A stretch of DNA of 64,000 bases from Klebsormidium nitens (taxonomy: Eukaryota > Plantae > Klebsormidiophyceae): positions 396,847 to 460,846 of the forward strand of contig DF236960.1 of assembly GCA_000708835.1 (NCBI GenBank). The letters run 5' to 3'. A program made the translations under genes and the position numbers. A model generated the notes under the pieces. It had not been told where the DNA came from and made no database searches. It was given only the letters and a program-made list of their open reading frames with translations. Each line of letters opens with the position of its first letter. Position 1 is the first letter of the stretch. Positions 50,233-62,543 of the stretch are shown in pieces.

Positions 50233-52830
50233 TCAGTGATCGCCGCCCGAGTTTCCGAGAAGGACTGCCGACCCAAACATTCCACTGGATCCTTCTTCGA
50301 TCTCCAACCTTAGATCGTCGAAGAACGGCCAACTGGCTCCTATATACGTCTGCTGAGATTGAACCAGCTCTTCCGTAGACCCAGCAGAATACTGACTACC
50401 GTCTTCTGAGCTTTGATCAAAGTAGTATCTCGTATCGGCCAAGTGCATGGCGCCTGAACCGTCAAGGACAATTTCGTGGTCGTCAGTTGTCGTAAAATCA
50501 TACCGGACTGGAGACGGCAGGAGGGACCGGGGAGAACTAGGATCGGGAGAAAAGTCGACGATTGACGGTGAAACGTCCTCGTCCTGGCGCAGCTGGGGCA
50601 CGGCTGGGAGGGCGAAAGTCGCTAGATCGCTCGTGGTTGACAGCAAGTCATACAGAGCCTCGGGGGAGATGACCGGGCTTGATAAGGGCGGGCAGCTTGC
50701 AGAGCGCCGGTGGCGATTGGTGCGGCCGGAGAATGTGTCCGACCAGTGCAACGGGCGTCCTGCAGATAGCGATCAGACTTCTTCTAGGACGAATCCTATT
50801 TCAAGTCCAAGGGGAACTAGTTTAAATGTGACCATAGGTCCCCGGCCTCGTTCGACTTGAGAGTAACCAAGACTCCCAAAAGATCAGTCTCATGCAAAGC
50901 CCTTTAACGAGTGCCGAAACTTGTGAAATGCCTTTGGTATCCTTTGGTGGGCTGAAACTTCCTAACTCGCGAAGCCGTCTGCGCAGATATCAAGCAACAC
51001 TCCCAAGGCCACTTTCTAGTGCACCATCAAAAGATGCACCATCCATCGGATTCAGAGCTTTGAAAGTACATGACTGTTATGCCGGGCGTAAAGTGATTCT
51101 ATGCTCATGAGAGGTAGAGAGCCTTCGCAGCTCCGGAAAAACTATCTCCCAGGCTCTAAAAGACAGAAACAAGGTGAAGCAACCGTCACCCTTACTCCCG
51201 ATTGGCACACGCCTGGCTGTCGCCCCAGAGATTGGTCTCCAACGAGGGCTAGGAAATGTGAGTATTGCCAGCCCCCTCGCTGGTTGGATGATTTGTAGTC
51301 CTCTTCTAAGTCTGTAGATCTTAACAAACTGTAACCTGCTCCCCTCTTCACCCGGGTTGCTCCCCCGGAATGTGCTTCTGATGTCACTTGGTAAGAGTCG
51401 GGCAGTAGCAAAGAAGGAGAAGTCTGAAGCTGCCAAGAGAGAAAGGAGAAGCCTTAAGAGGGGCTTGTGGGCCGTCAGCACTGGATGCAAGTCAGCCCAC
51501 GTGCACCCCTCTACTATCACGCAAACGAGAAAGCGAGTAGCGCGCTCCTTCCCACTCTGAACCTCCACCAGGCTATCACCTGAGGAGAACATGGTGACTG
51601 AATTCTCGGCAACAAATCTTGACAAGCGTTGAAGATGAACTGGGACTCAATGCGATTTGCAGCGGCGCTATCTCTTTTAAACCGTTGGTTTCCTTGTGAA
51701 CATGCAAGTGGGAGTATGTTCTTCTTCTGGAATGTTTTCTGCCGTTTCCTGGAGTCTCAATCACGACAATATGCGAGATCGCTGAGCTAAGTATAGAGGA
51801 ACATCCAGAAGAAGCGCTGTTTGGGTATGCTAAGCGCCTCCAGTGAACCAAGGCCGGTAGAAGCCCTCGTCTGACCCAAATAAACGTCACATCAACGAAC
51901 CACCATACTTACCGGAGACAGCCACTTGCAGTGCGACCACAAATCATGGACCTGCAATGCCGGAGTTCCTTTACATTGATGTGACTACTTTACTTTGAAG
52001 GAGATGTAGCACGTGCGCAACGTCTCGTACGTGATTCGTGCAACGAGGCTTCCAAAAACATCGGGACAACGGAAATCGCATCGCATGTGGGACCCAAATT
52101 TCGGCAGCTTCCGAGTGTCAGCTGCACGTCATCCTTTGCGCGAGCTCACCATTCTTTGAACCCACCCAGGGCATCATTGATTACCCTAAGCTTTTGTGTG
52201 TGAGGTTAGCGTCTAGACAATGATTGTAACGATAAAGTCTTCCCCAGGGTCTCCCTATGGAAAGCAGGACCTCAGATTTATCAAGCCTTGGTTGTCAGAT
52301 CAGAGTCTCGCCTTCAGGGCCCAGAGAACCGTGTTTCAACCGTGCGTTCAATCAACACCAAGTAGGTAAGACACTGGTCTGTCAGCGCGGTGGCCGCCAG
52401 TACTAATGGCCCCCCGACGTTTACTTCCTCAGATTGTCGAGCGCCGCCGCGCCGATTTGGGCAATCTCGTCCATCTCGCCAAGACTGCAGCTCTAAGCAG
52501 AAGCGCGCCCTTACTCGGAGACAATATCCATGCCTCCGAAAAGGGTGCTTCGTACTGCCAACAGAATCACCAAACAAGAGGCGCTAAATTTGATCGAGGA
52601 GAAGCGGAATGTAGCTAGCCAAAGAAGTTATAACGGCGGAGTTCAGATATGCATAATGGAACTGATACTTTCTTTGGTCGAAAAGGAAGCTTAGCCGCCA
52701 ATCAGGCCGCGGGCCGGCACGACGCAGGCTCACCAGCTGTCGGGTGCAAGAGGCGACTGATGGTTTCGAAAAGAGCCGGAACAGAAATGAGCCAGTAACG
52801 GTCTGCAGTGATTTCTCGCCATGCTGCTGG
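50233..52830 (-). CDS. Probable multi-exon gene of unknown function with a Ser/Pro/Asp-rich last exon
   Basis: The last exon 50759-50233 follows ctatctgcag and is phase-compatible with the donor GGGA|gtaagg of ORF 51077..51625. Further candidate exons lie at about 52400-52550 and 52710-52830. The gene model is incomplete. Confidence 0.35.
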
Positions 52831-53752
52831 AGGTTTGCAGCGAAGAGTGAAACTATCGGCATTCGCAAGGGCTCAATGATGGAAGTGAGATTCACAAACC
52901 AGTTTGCGGCGTAAGGCTTGTGAGACCCATAAGTTTGGTCAACTAGAATTAATCGTACAACAAACATGAAAGGACGACAAAGTATGTTCATTTAATGACT
53001 TTGTCCTTTCAAGTCGTCGCGCGCCCATTTGATCGTTCTGGATCCTGAAATGAAATTTTCACCGGTCGATTCATTGTAAAGCGAAGTATGAACATGTATC
53101 CCCAGGGCCTTCAGGCCGCCGGTCACTCTATTATTAAAATGGCCTGACATGCTCGGTGTTCGACCAGCCGAACTCGTGCTCGGGCCTACCAAGGCTTTTA
53201 GCATCTTTACACCAGTCGAGAAGGAGGGCCAAGCAAAGGCTTTGAGAAAATGAGAATTTGTCAGCAAAAAGGAACCTGAAAAGACGCACGAAAGGTCTTG
53301 TATTGAGCTAATGGTGAAAATGGAGATACGTCGGTTGTCAATATCAAGGAAAGAAGACTTCAAAGGACGGCAGGACTTGGAAGGTAGCAAGTCGAACATC
53401 TTACAGAATCTGGGGATCCTCGACTGATCGACTGATTGGATTTTCCTAAGCTTCCTAAGCTAGCTATAGGACTACAAAGAATCTAAAGACGCTAATCGTT
53501 CACGACTTTGACACCTGTAAATCATGACCCTTAATACGTGATACCTTGTCCGGGATTCTAGATAATCAGACACGTAAGACGCTATAAGATTTTCCAGAAT
53601 AAGGTCGCTGCTACTTTGAAGCGTCGCTTGAGTCCTTGAGGGCAAACCAGTCAGTTCGTCGACCTTCTAAGTGTCCTTAATTTCCATCTCTCTAAGGCAC
53701 TTAGTATCTAGCTTGTTCTCAATGTCATGATAGACCTGAGGTCTGCTCTGGA

Positions 53753-56700
53753 CTACATGGTTTCAAAGCAGTCTCCGGTCTCGCAAAACAGCTGATCTGG
53801 CACCGGAACAGGCGTCAAGCTAGCGGTCCCTCTGGCCTCCATCTGACGTGTCGCCTCGTCCAAGTAGGCCCCAAACTGGGTCCATTTGGCAGTTAGTGCG
53901 GCAAGTCCTAGCTGGATGCCACCCCCAGCTAAAGCACCTCCAGCGCCAAGCCTGCGCATAAGCCGCGGTCGCTTATAACACGCCAGCGCACCGGCGGCGA
54001 CACCGGCAGCGACCGCTACCCCTCCAGTGGTGACCCGGAATCCCAGGGAGCTTGGTACCTGCAGGGGTCTCGTATAGAGATTCCTACGAAAGCTACATGG
54101 TCTTGCTCTTGAATTCGCGTCTGTTTTCCTTAACGGGTTCGTCTCTTCATCTGTTTGCAAGACCTTTAGGTTGACCGGAGCATGCACACCGAGTTTCGAC
54201 AAGGGGTCAACTGAGTAATGAAACGTGCCTCCTCAAGAAACTGCGCTCTTTCAAAGCTTTGTACCTAGTCTGGTCCAATTCCTATGTTCGTAATACTAAC
54301 AGACTCTCACGGTTATTTGAAGACCACTGAGAGACGAGTCGTTGCTCGATGCACATTTTAGCATCTAATATACCCATACGATGCGGATCTGCCCAACTCC
54401 GTTCCGCCGGACTCAAGCAGAACAGATCACTTGCCTGATCCGCTTGCCTCTCAGGTAACGTTGCATCTCGCCGTTTCGCCTTTCCCTCCAGGTTGATGTG
54501 GCGCGCGAGAGTGTACTCAGCAAAACGCGCACTGACGCCGGGGACGTGCGCCGCCCCTACGACGGCCACGACCGTCGTTTTGGGCTGCGCTGCAAGCTGC
54601 GCGAGTCTCTGCAACCACGGATTTAGAAGCGGCTTAGTTCGGGGTGTCCGGATTGAAGAATCAAGGCCAAATAGTTCGGCTGAACTGTCTGAGGTGTTTG
54701 CAGCGAGGTGAAGACAGTCTGGTGATCGCAGTCAGTAATCCGCTGTCGAGAAGGCCGCTAGCCACCAGGCCGCTTCGAAGCGAGAAAACCCTTTCAGCCC
54801 GTTGGTGGGCTTGTTGCTTGAAACAAATGTCACTTTGCTGGTGATCAGGAATCTTACTGCTTCTTTGACAGTGTACCAGTCAAGAACACTAGCCACGGAG
54901 TTCCGAGCATTACACTCTACAGTAGAATTTGAAACGTAGGGCACAGTCAATCGTGATATAAATCTTCTAGCTCGAGAATTGAGCCATCAATCAAACACAA
55001 TCCTTTTGCTGGCTCACATAAAGCTGCCTTGCGGGACGAGCCGCCTAGTTGGAATCGGCTCGTGACGACTCGCATATAACTTACAGCGCCCATGTGGTCG
55101 TCTCGCTCGTCGAGAAAGGCTGCAGCCACGCTGGCAGGTCTTCCTTTCAATCCTTGATCAGCGCCATCGAAGCCGTTCCGACGCACCTTGTTGAGCACTT
55201 TGGTGCTGCACGAGCGATACGCCGCAACATCCTCCAGCGGAACGGGACGTCCTGGGGAAAATCGGGCATGAATTGAGTCGCATGCCAATTCCAGTTTGCA
55301 CTACCTCAAACGGCATCTAACGCTGTTTTTGGCAGACTTATCCATGTACTCAACCAGAGCTTATAAACTCCTCAGCTATAAAGTCTTACCGTACAAACAC
55401 GAGGAGCCATTGAATCTTTGATTTAAGTTCCTGGATTTCTCTGACCACAGGGAGCTTTGGCTCCAAACAGGAGCTGAACCGGGGCCGAACTGGAGGACTC
55501 CGCTCCTGAAAAGTGGCGGACGAACCGGAGCTAGGCCCTGGTTTGAGGCCGGTTTGCTGAGAACAGGAACCGGTTCATGAGAATCGGCTCCGATTCGGAA
55601 GGACCGGTTCCTTTTCCTTCTGAACCGGCCTTGAACCGGGTCCTAGCTCCGGTACGTCCGCCCCTTTTCCGGAGCGGAATGCTCCGGTTCTGACCCTGTT
55701 TGCCTCCGTTTTAAAGCCAAACTTTGGCATGCGTGCACACTATACATACAGCCATCATCTGTCCACAGAGCGCTTTCAATGATGGATGTATGTATAGTGT
55801 GCACGCATGCCTAAGCGTCTAGCTAGGTCGCACTCACCTTCTAGGAATGCTTGGAAGACCCTCTCAAATGCGTCCACTGGTCCTGTTGGATCGTCACAAG
55901 CGCTTTTCAACATTCCCTCGATGTAGCCCCGATCTGCCGCCTCCATCTGTACCTTTGCAGAATCACGTCGGATTACTACAGTACAAGTATCCCGCCGTTG
56001 GAAAAGCCACAGACCGTCATGTACCCATGGTTTCTTCGCTAAGTTGAGGTTGCGAAAGCCAAAGCATCCTTGCAAGCACATGAAAGTGAGCCCAGGAGTT
56101 AAAAACCCCGTGAATCCCGTCGGAAAAGTCTTGGTGCTGGGTACGTCGCAAGCAAGTTTTTATTGGCCTTGATGGCAACTCGCATTAGACGGCCTTACAT
56201 GAGACAACCAACTTCAGGCTCACCTCCGATTGTCCGGACTGCTCCTCTTTTTCCGCATGCTCTGCATACGCCTTGGATATCCTGGAACCAGTCAATTTGT
56301 GATCCCTGTGTCCCCAGAAACATCATGTGTGAGTTCTCAGAGAATGGAAAGAAGTGGTCGGCAGAAGATTTGCCATTCAGAAAAGCACGAGCTGCTCTGT
56401 GAACTTCAACGCCTCCAATAAGGAAGTCAATCGGTAACAACATTTTAATCTGCACTAAAAAGTACGCGTATATTGCTTAGTGATGGTGATGGACGTATCC
56501 AGGTAGATCTACATTCGGGAGAAAGGATTCTGCTTGGCTTCTAAAGTTGTACTCACTGGTCAATGAGTTCGATGGGGATTTGCAGGCGCCGAGCAGTCTG
56601 AATTGCGGATTGCATATCACCTCCGTAGTCCGTGCCCACAACCTGGATGCATAGAAGAAAAAAGCAGTTGCACTTCAAATAGAAAAATTAGCGTGACGGT

Positions 56701-58099
56701 ATGCTTGGACCCGCTTTGTGTGTGCAATTCCACTCGAGTCTGAGGGTTTCCAGAACAGCTTACGATGCCCATAAAAGTTGGCAGCTAGATTTTGCCCGGA
56801 CGTGGATAGCACTGAATGAGCACAGCCGGAACAACCGTGAGCATTCTTGTTTCTGTATATTTCACAAGCCAAGCAACCGTCGTCTGCAGTCCGGTTGATT
56901 AGCCGAAGAGTATTATCAAATAAGCTGGTTACCTGACTGAAGAAGACCATCTGCAGGTACGCCCCCCACAGCTCCTCAAAACTCGAATACTTCGTCCATC
57001 TGACGTAGAGAGCCTGCAATTTCCCAAATTGGGCTTTCAGAAAGCTGTGGGCTGGGCGTCGGAGAAACGGCCGGATTGTAAGTGAAGTCGTACTTTAAAT
57101 AGCTGTCGCTCGCCAGCCGTCTGCGTATCGTTGCACACGAATACATACATCCCTCGCGCAGAGCCGCCTAAGCCGCCTAATGTAATTTCTGTTGGCGTCA
57201 CAGACATGACTGCGTGCATCAGGAGCTACAGGTCGTGCTTGCAAGAAAAGACCGTTTCACCTTCCATGTTGTGGTGCCCAGATCGTCCCGTATTTTCGCA
57301 AAGTACCCGCCTTCAATGCGGGCGAGCCTTTCGGGATCAAGCTGCAAAGACGAGAACTGTCAGTGCACGTCCGGTACAGCTGGATCTTTGGGTTTTGGGC
57401 GACCTTAAGAACGTAATTCCCGAGACAATCCCTTCTTCAAAAGCTACTCCACCGTAAGTTCTGTTAGAGAAGTAGGGCAAAGTCTGCAACAAACTCGTCC
57501 TGTCAAACAATCTGGCGTGAAATAATCTCGCCTGCATGAAAAGGAGAGTTTCCTGATTAGGGAGACTTTCTTTCACTCTTTGTAGGAGACCGAACAAAGC
57601 TTCTGTCAGACACCCACAACTCCGACAGACACTAGGGTCTATGACTTGCCTGCTCAAATAACATCGAAGCTCGTGCACTGACCTCTATAGCGACAATGTC
57701 TGGTTTCACTTCCTCGATAAGCATTCTGACGTCATCCGCGCTGGCCTTTGAAATGTGAACGGTGCCGATGAGGTACACCAGGCTGCCCGTGGCGGGATTC
57801 TGGAGAACTCTGACGAAGACCTTGTTTTCCGGCGGAACTCGTAGCAGGTCTAGGTGCCGGCGGCTCACGAACAGCGGAAGGACCTCTTTAGGCTGAGAGT
57901 CGATCACCTGAAATACTCTTTTCAATGGATACTCTGGGCGAAGAATTTCTGTGATGCGGTGTTCGGCCAGAGGGTCGGAGGCGAGATCAGGGAATGGTGG
58001 AGCAGAGAGGGCTTTTTCAGTTTCTTCCTCGCCTAAGGAGCTAGAAATTCTGGGCATAATGGCCCCTGGTGCTGGAAGCGAGGGCCGGGAGAAAGCCAT
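53753..58099 (-). CDS. TraB/PrgY-domain protein, paralogue D (9 exons), closest to C
   Basis: Exon 1 is 58099-57683 (MAFSRPSLP...VYLIGTVHIS..PDIVAIE). Later exons encode LDPERL..TTTWK, ALYVRW..FFSQ (57013-56933), VVGTDYGGDM..IPIELIDQ, AFERVFQAFLE, FLDERDDHMGA and VVAVVGAAHVPGV. The final hydrophobic exon ends at 53753. Apparent GC donor at 54434. Confidence 0.86.
55464..55702. repeat. Foldback (long inverted repeat), MITE-like, inside an intron of TraB paralogue D
   Basis: Arms 55498-55576 and 55601-55679 are about 80% reverse-complementary by manual alignment. Outer ends are CAAACAGG and CCTGTTTG. The spacer contains the hairpin GAATCGG-ct-CCGATTC. No TSD recognised. Confidence 0.8.
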
Positions 58100-59482
58100 G
58101 GCTGGAGGTTTTTGAGGTATCGAGCCGGCAGCTTGTGGTTTGATTACACCCAGAGCCGCTGAACTAGGTGACTGTGAAAATGGGAAGCCTTTGCTTGATC
58201 TGTAAGCCGACGCGCGAGAGCAGAAACAACGTTGAAAAACGTCCAGACTTCGAGGCAAAAGAAGAGTCCTGCATGACAGCGACTCGGAGACAGCTTATCT
58301 GGTCGAAAGAAGTACTATCGGACTGCTAGCTTGTACAGCAGCGCCTCAGCTCACGATCATATGGTCTATTGCACTCTGGACTCGGCAGCATCCGAGCGCA
58401 GCTGGTCTTGTCCGATTGTCCCTCGCGAGGCACCAATTGATTTGACTACCACTGTCATCACCAAACTGCATCATGCTCTGGCGTCCGGTCGGCGCAGTCG
58501 TCTCAGGCTCGTGAGGGCCGGCGCGCAGTCTTCGCAGGCGCCGCATCGGAAGGTTGACCGTCAGCCGGGAGGAGTCGCAGACTCGGCTACCGTACTGATT
58601 TTTTAACAGCGCCGAGAGCAGCGACCTTCGCCGTGTGGCACACCCGTCACGGGTCGCCGTCCGGTCCGAGAGTCGGCCATTAGTACGGCAGCTCCGACCA
58701 ACCGGCCGGGGCCGATCGCCCATGTAGGGGTTGCTGGTGCCAAGTTACCCGGTACAGATACTGGTAACTCCGGGGTGACTTAACGGGTACAGCCCTTAGT
58801 ACAGCCGCTATGAATTGGCTGAAGCTGCCACTCAGCGCGGCCGCGTAATCAATCCGGATTTCGAGGAACCGGACCGTCCGACCTGCGGCACTGACGGTCC
58901 AATCTTCATATGCATTGCGCCTTACAGCCTGGCCTGGCCTGCTGGTCTCAGGTCTTCTGCTTGCAGTTTCGCGAGCAAGCAGGTATTCAACAGTCCGCGT
59001 GCAATTCTTTTCCAAGAGGTCATTCCTTCTACTTAGTACATATTCTCAGAAGTACGTCGCGGACTCGTCTTCACAATGTCACACGTGACAAGCACTTGAC
59101 ACGACCACTCAGGCACACTTGACAAGACCATGGGCATGAGCCAACTTTGCAGCACCTCTGCCTTGTTTTTGCAAATTCTGTGAGTTTTTGTGATCCGCCT
59201 TCTCCATGATTGTCATGAGCTAGCTCGAGGATCATTGAGTACTAAGGCCGTGCTCGCGCTTTGCGGCAATCATAGAATTAACTTCAAAACCTTGGCTTTT
59301 CCGCAGTGCGCCGCCGGCAAGCTGATCAGGCGGAACCCATGTGTACGTGCCCAGCTTGTTTTGTCAGCGCCCACTTTCAACTTTCCAAAGTTTGGGCAAT
59401 TGGGCCTTGAACCACAGAGAGACTAAATCTGCTGAGAAACTGCTGAACCGAAGCTTTACGTGACCTCATACGCCACAACAAG

Positions 59483-61325
59483 ATGGCCTCCTTCTTTGCA
59501 CTATTGAAGTCGCTCGCTGAGTGTCTTTTTGGCACGCATGAAGGGTCCAGCAATATAGTCACTTGTATTACGGAGGAAGGCCAGTCTGACGCGTACGGTC
59601 CTACAGTCCGGGCAGCAAAGCCAGCTGCATTTTCGTCGCGCGGCACAAGCGTCCGTGGAAGCCGATGTGATGAAGAAAGAAGGATTGCTCTGAAGGGGAC
59701 GGACCTTGCGGTAGAGGGGAGGGTGGTACTATCTAAAGACGTAACAGGAAGTCAAGGGTCAGGAACCAGAATCCAGGATCTCGACGGATACTGTCTGAGC
59801 CAGATTATGCGCCGCGTAGACGACCCATCAAAACCAACCTATCCTGATTTCGACGCCTGCTGTCCGAACTTGAAGAATCTCCAAGCCTGTTCCATGGTCT
59901 GCCAAGAGTGGTACGACATATCAAACTTCGCTCGAAAGACTCTGACTATCCGGGCACCGCAAGCCGCGACCCCAATCCCCCGCTTCCTGTCGCGCTTTCC
60001 AAACATCGAGGAGCTTCATCTGGTAGACCCACTCGGGGTTTTTGGGAGAAACCCGGGGACTCCAGTACCGCCCATCAGGCGTTTCGAGTCGCTGGTGACA
60101 TTAAACGGGTGTAATCGCCTTCTTGAGATAAGCTTACAAGGCTGTCTCATATTGGACGCGGAGCTAGCCAACGTAATAAGAAGCTGTCCGCAGCTAGAGA
60201 GACTCAGAATGTACCTCTGCGGGCCACGCTTAACAGGGGAAGCTTTCAAAGGGCTCAAATGCAGATTAGAACAAGTAGCCTTGGACGCTTGCGATTGGCT
60301 GTCAAACGCGGGACTCGAAGCAATGGCAGAAGCATGCCCGCGGCTGAGTGCCTTCTCCGTTTCTATGTCCACCATATTGCCCGATGTGAAGCTTGCCCAT
60401 GGACTCGAAAGGGTGGCTTCGCTGTGTTCCAGCCTTGTGTGGCTCCGTATTAGGTACTGCGGGATCGCAGACAGCACTCTGCGCAGGTTTGCAGTCAGCT
60501 GCCCCTTGCTGGCTGACGTCCACATCCGACGTGAGGCGAATATCACCGACGGTGCCGTAGCCGCTTTACGGATACACCTGCCCCGTCTACGGTCCCTCAC
60601 TCTGTATGAGAACGACAAGCTGGCGCGGATTCCGCGCGACTGCAGGTAAGTTCGAGATTTCCACCGACTTCGGAACTTTCCTCACAGAAAGAAGCGAGTT
60701 AAATGTAGGGAAACAATGTGGACTCAGCACAAATACCCCAGGTGAAACATACGTGCGCGCTTTTGCTCCCTCTAGTTTTCCTTCTTCTTTTTTTGTCTTT
60801 CCAGTTGGTTTTCATACAGGTATCACTTATCTCTTGGAAACCCTCAGGCTGACCCGATTCCGGTCAAACAGGACTAGAAGCAACGTAACCAGACAATTCT
60901 TGACTCGAGTGAAGATAGGACCTTGGAACTGGAGTTGCGTGCAACTTACATCTCGCACTCTCATTCTGCGATGCAGCCGCTTACCGACTTTGAGGACGCT
61001 TGGGATCGGTGGCGCAGGATTTGGAAATGCGCTCAGCACCCTGCGCATGCTACGGCATTTGTCGGAAGAGGTGGCTTTGATAGACTTGATCATTTGCAAC
61101 TGCTCTTTTTTGACGGACAGCAGCGTTCAGAAGATTCTGAACGATTGCCGACGACTTCAAATGTTGACACTTGGCATCTGCGACCTGCTGACCTCAGAGA
61201 CACTTGAGGCTTATGCACAGAGCGGCAGTCAGACAAAGATGAAAATCATTCGGTGTAAAGGCCTTCAGCCGGGAATGTTACAGGACAAGAAGGGGCTTCT
61301 GGGCAAACTCAAAACCATTACGTAG
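59483..61325 (+). CDS. F-box/LRR-repeat (FBL-type) protein, 2 exons
   Basis: Exons 59483-60645 and 60977-61325 (phase 2). F-box IQDLDGYCLSQIM...ACSMVCQEW. Cys-containing LRRs such as CPQLERLRMYLC, LEQVALDACDWLSNAGLEAMAEACPRL, CSFLTDSSVQKILNDCRRLQMLTLGICDLLT. Confidence 0.88.
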
Positions 61326-62543
61326 ACCAGAGTCAAGTCACAGGAAAGCTGCTTGTTTCTAGCTAGCTCTAGTGGCCACCAGACACGTTTGATGACCGGC
61401 TCTGTAAAGGAACTCGATATTGCTGATCACACATGCATAGCCTATTGGAATGACTCGACGAACTTAGTCGATCGTGGTAGCGTCATTCGCGCTTGTAGAG
61501 TTAACGTGCGGGAAGTATCACCATGAGGAGATTTTTTGAGTACTCCTTTGCCAACGGGTATGCGTCAAGAGATCGCCGAAGTCACGCGTGTGATTCTGCA
61601 TCTAAATGTCAGTTGAAAGTTCCGCCCCGAGCAAGATTGTTGCAGAGCGACAGGTTTATGACCGAATGTCCAAGCTGCATGCTTCTGACTGGTTGCTGCC
61701 CTTGGTCACCACTCGGAGTCACATTTTAAAATTGAGAAGGGTCGGACGGTTTATTTCGTGCAATTTAAATTGAGTAAACCTTCGCGATGAGCTTTTTGAA
61801 ATGATATGTTCATGGTCTTCTTCTGTGTACCCTTGAGTCGCCAAGGACAAGTGCATTTCAGATTGAGATTGCAATCGGTGTTAACTACATACGTATACGC
61901 TGATTCAAAAGACCTGCTCCTATGTGAGGCTTAGTCAGATAAGCTCTCCTCTGGTGTATCAGAAGTCAACGAAACTCCTCGTTACATGGCAAGAATTCGT
62001 GCTTGGGGTCAGAATCAGAATTTGAATAAAAAGACACGGAAACGGTCTTGATTCAAGTTGAGACGGGTCTTTTGTCGCTGTGCGTAATATCTGGCAATTC
62101 TCAAAATCACACGGGTTGAGTAGGAAGAATCTTGTACGCTCCTCTGATTTTATTGCGAGGGATCCCTTCAGATCAACTGGTCACGATCCAGACATTCCCG
62201 AAAGAAGCGGCAGCTCCTGACTACATGACAAGACCGTTTCCGAACGGAAGCTGCCGCCATGTGAAAAGCGCGGATGCAGTCAATCCAAGCCCCATATTAG
62301 TGCAAGGAGGCCTGGAAACGCGTCTTGTCATGCCAGGCTGCGTGTGCCGGTCACGTACCATTGAGCCAGGCGCCGTTCATTCAAATTCACAAGAAAGCAG
62401 ACAATCAACCCGCAGACTCGCATGTTAGTCTTCGTCGTGCCGCCTTACTTTTGACTAAGGCCATATTCTTGGCGCAATTCGCAGCTCTCCTGACGCGCAT
62501 GTTTCTAGGGGCGCAGAGGAGAGGCGGCCTACTCCTTTGAAAG

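Noticed and set aside
60016-60618. 200-aa minus-strand ORF, and 63296..63652
   Set aside because: Antisense to the F-box/LRR coding exons.
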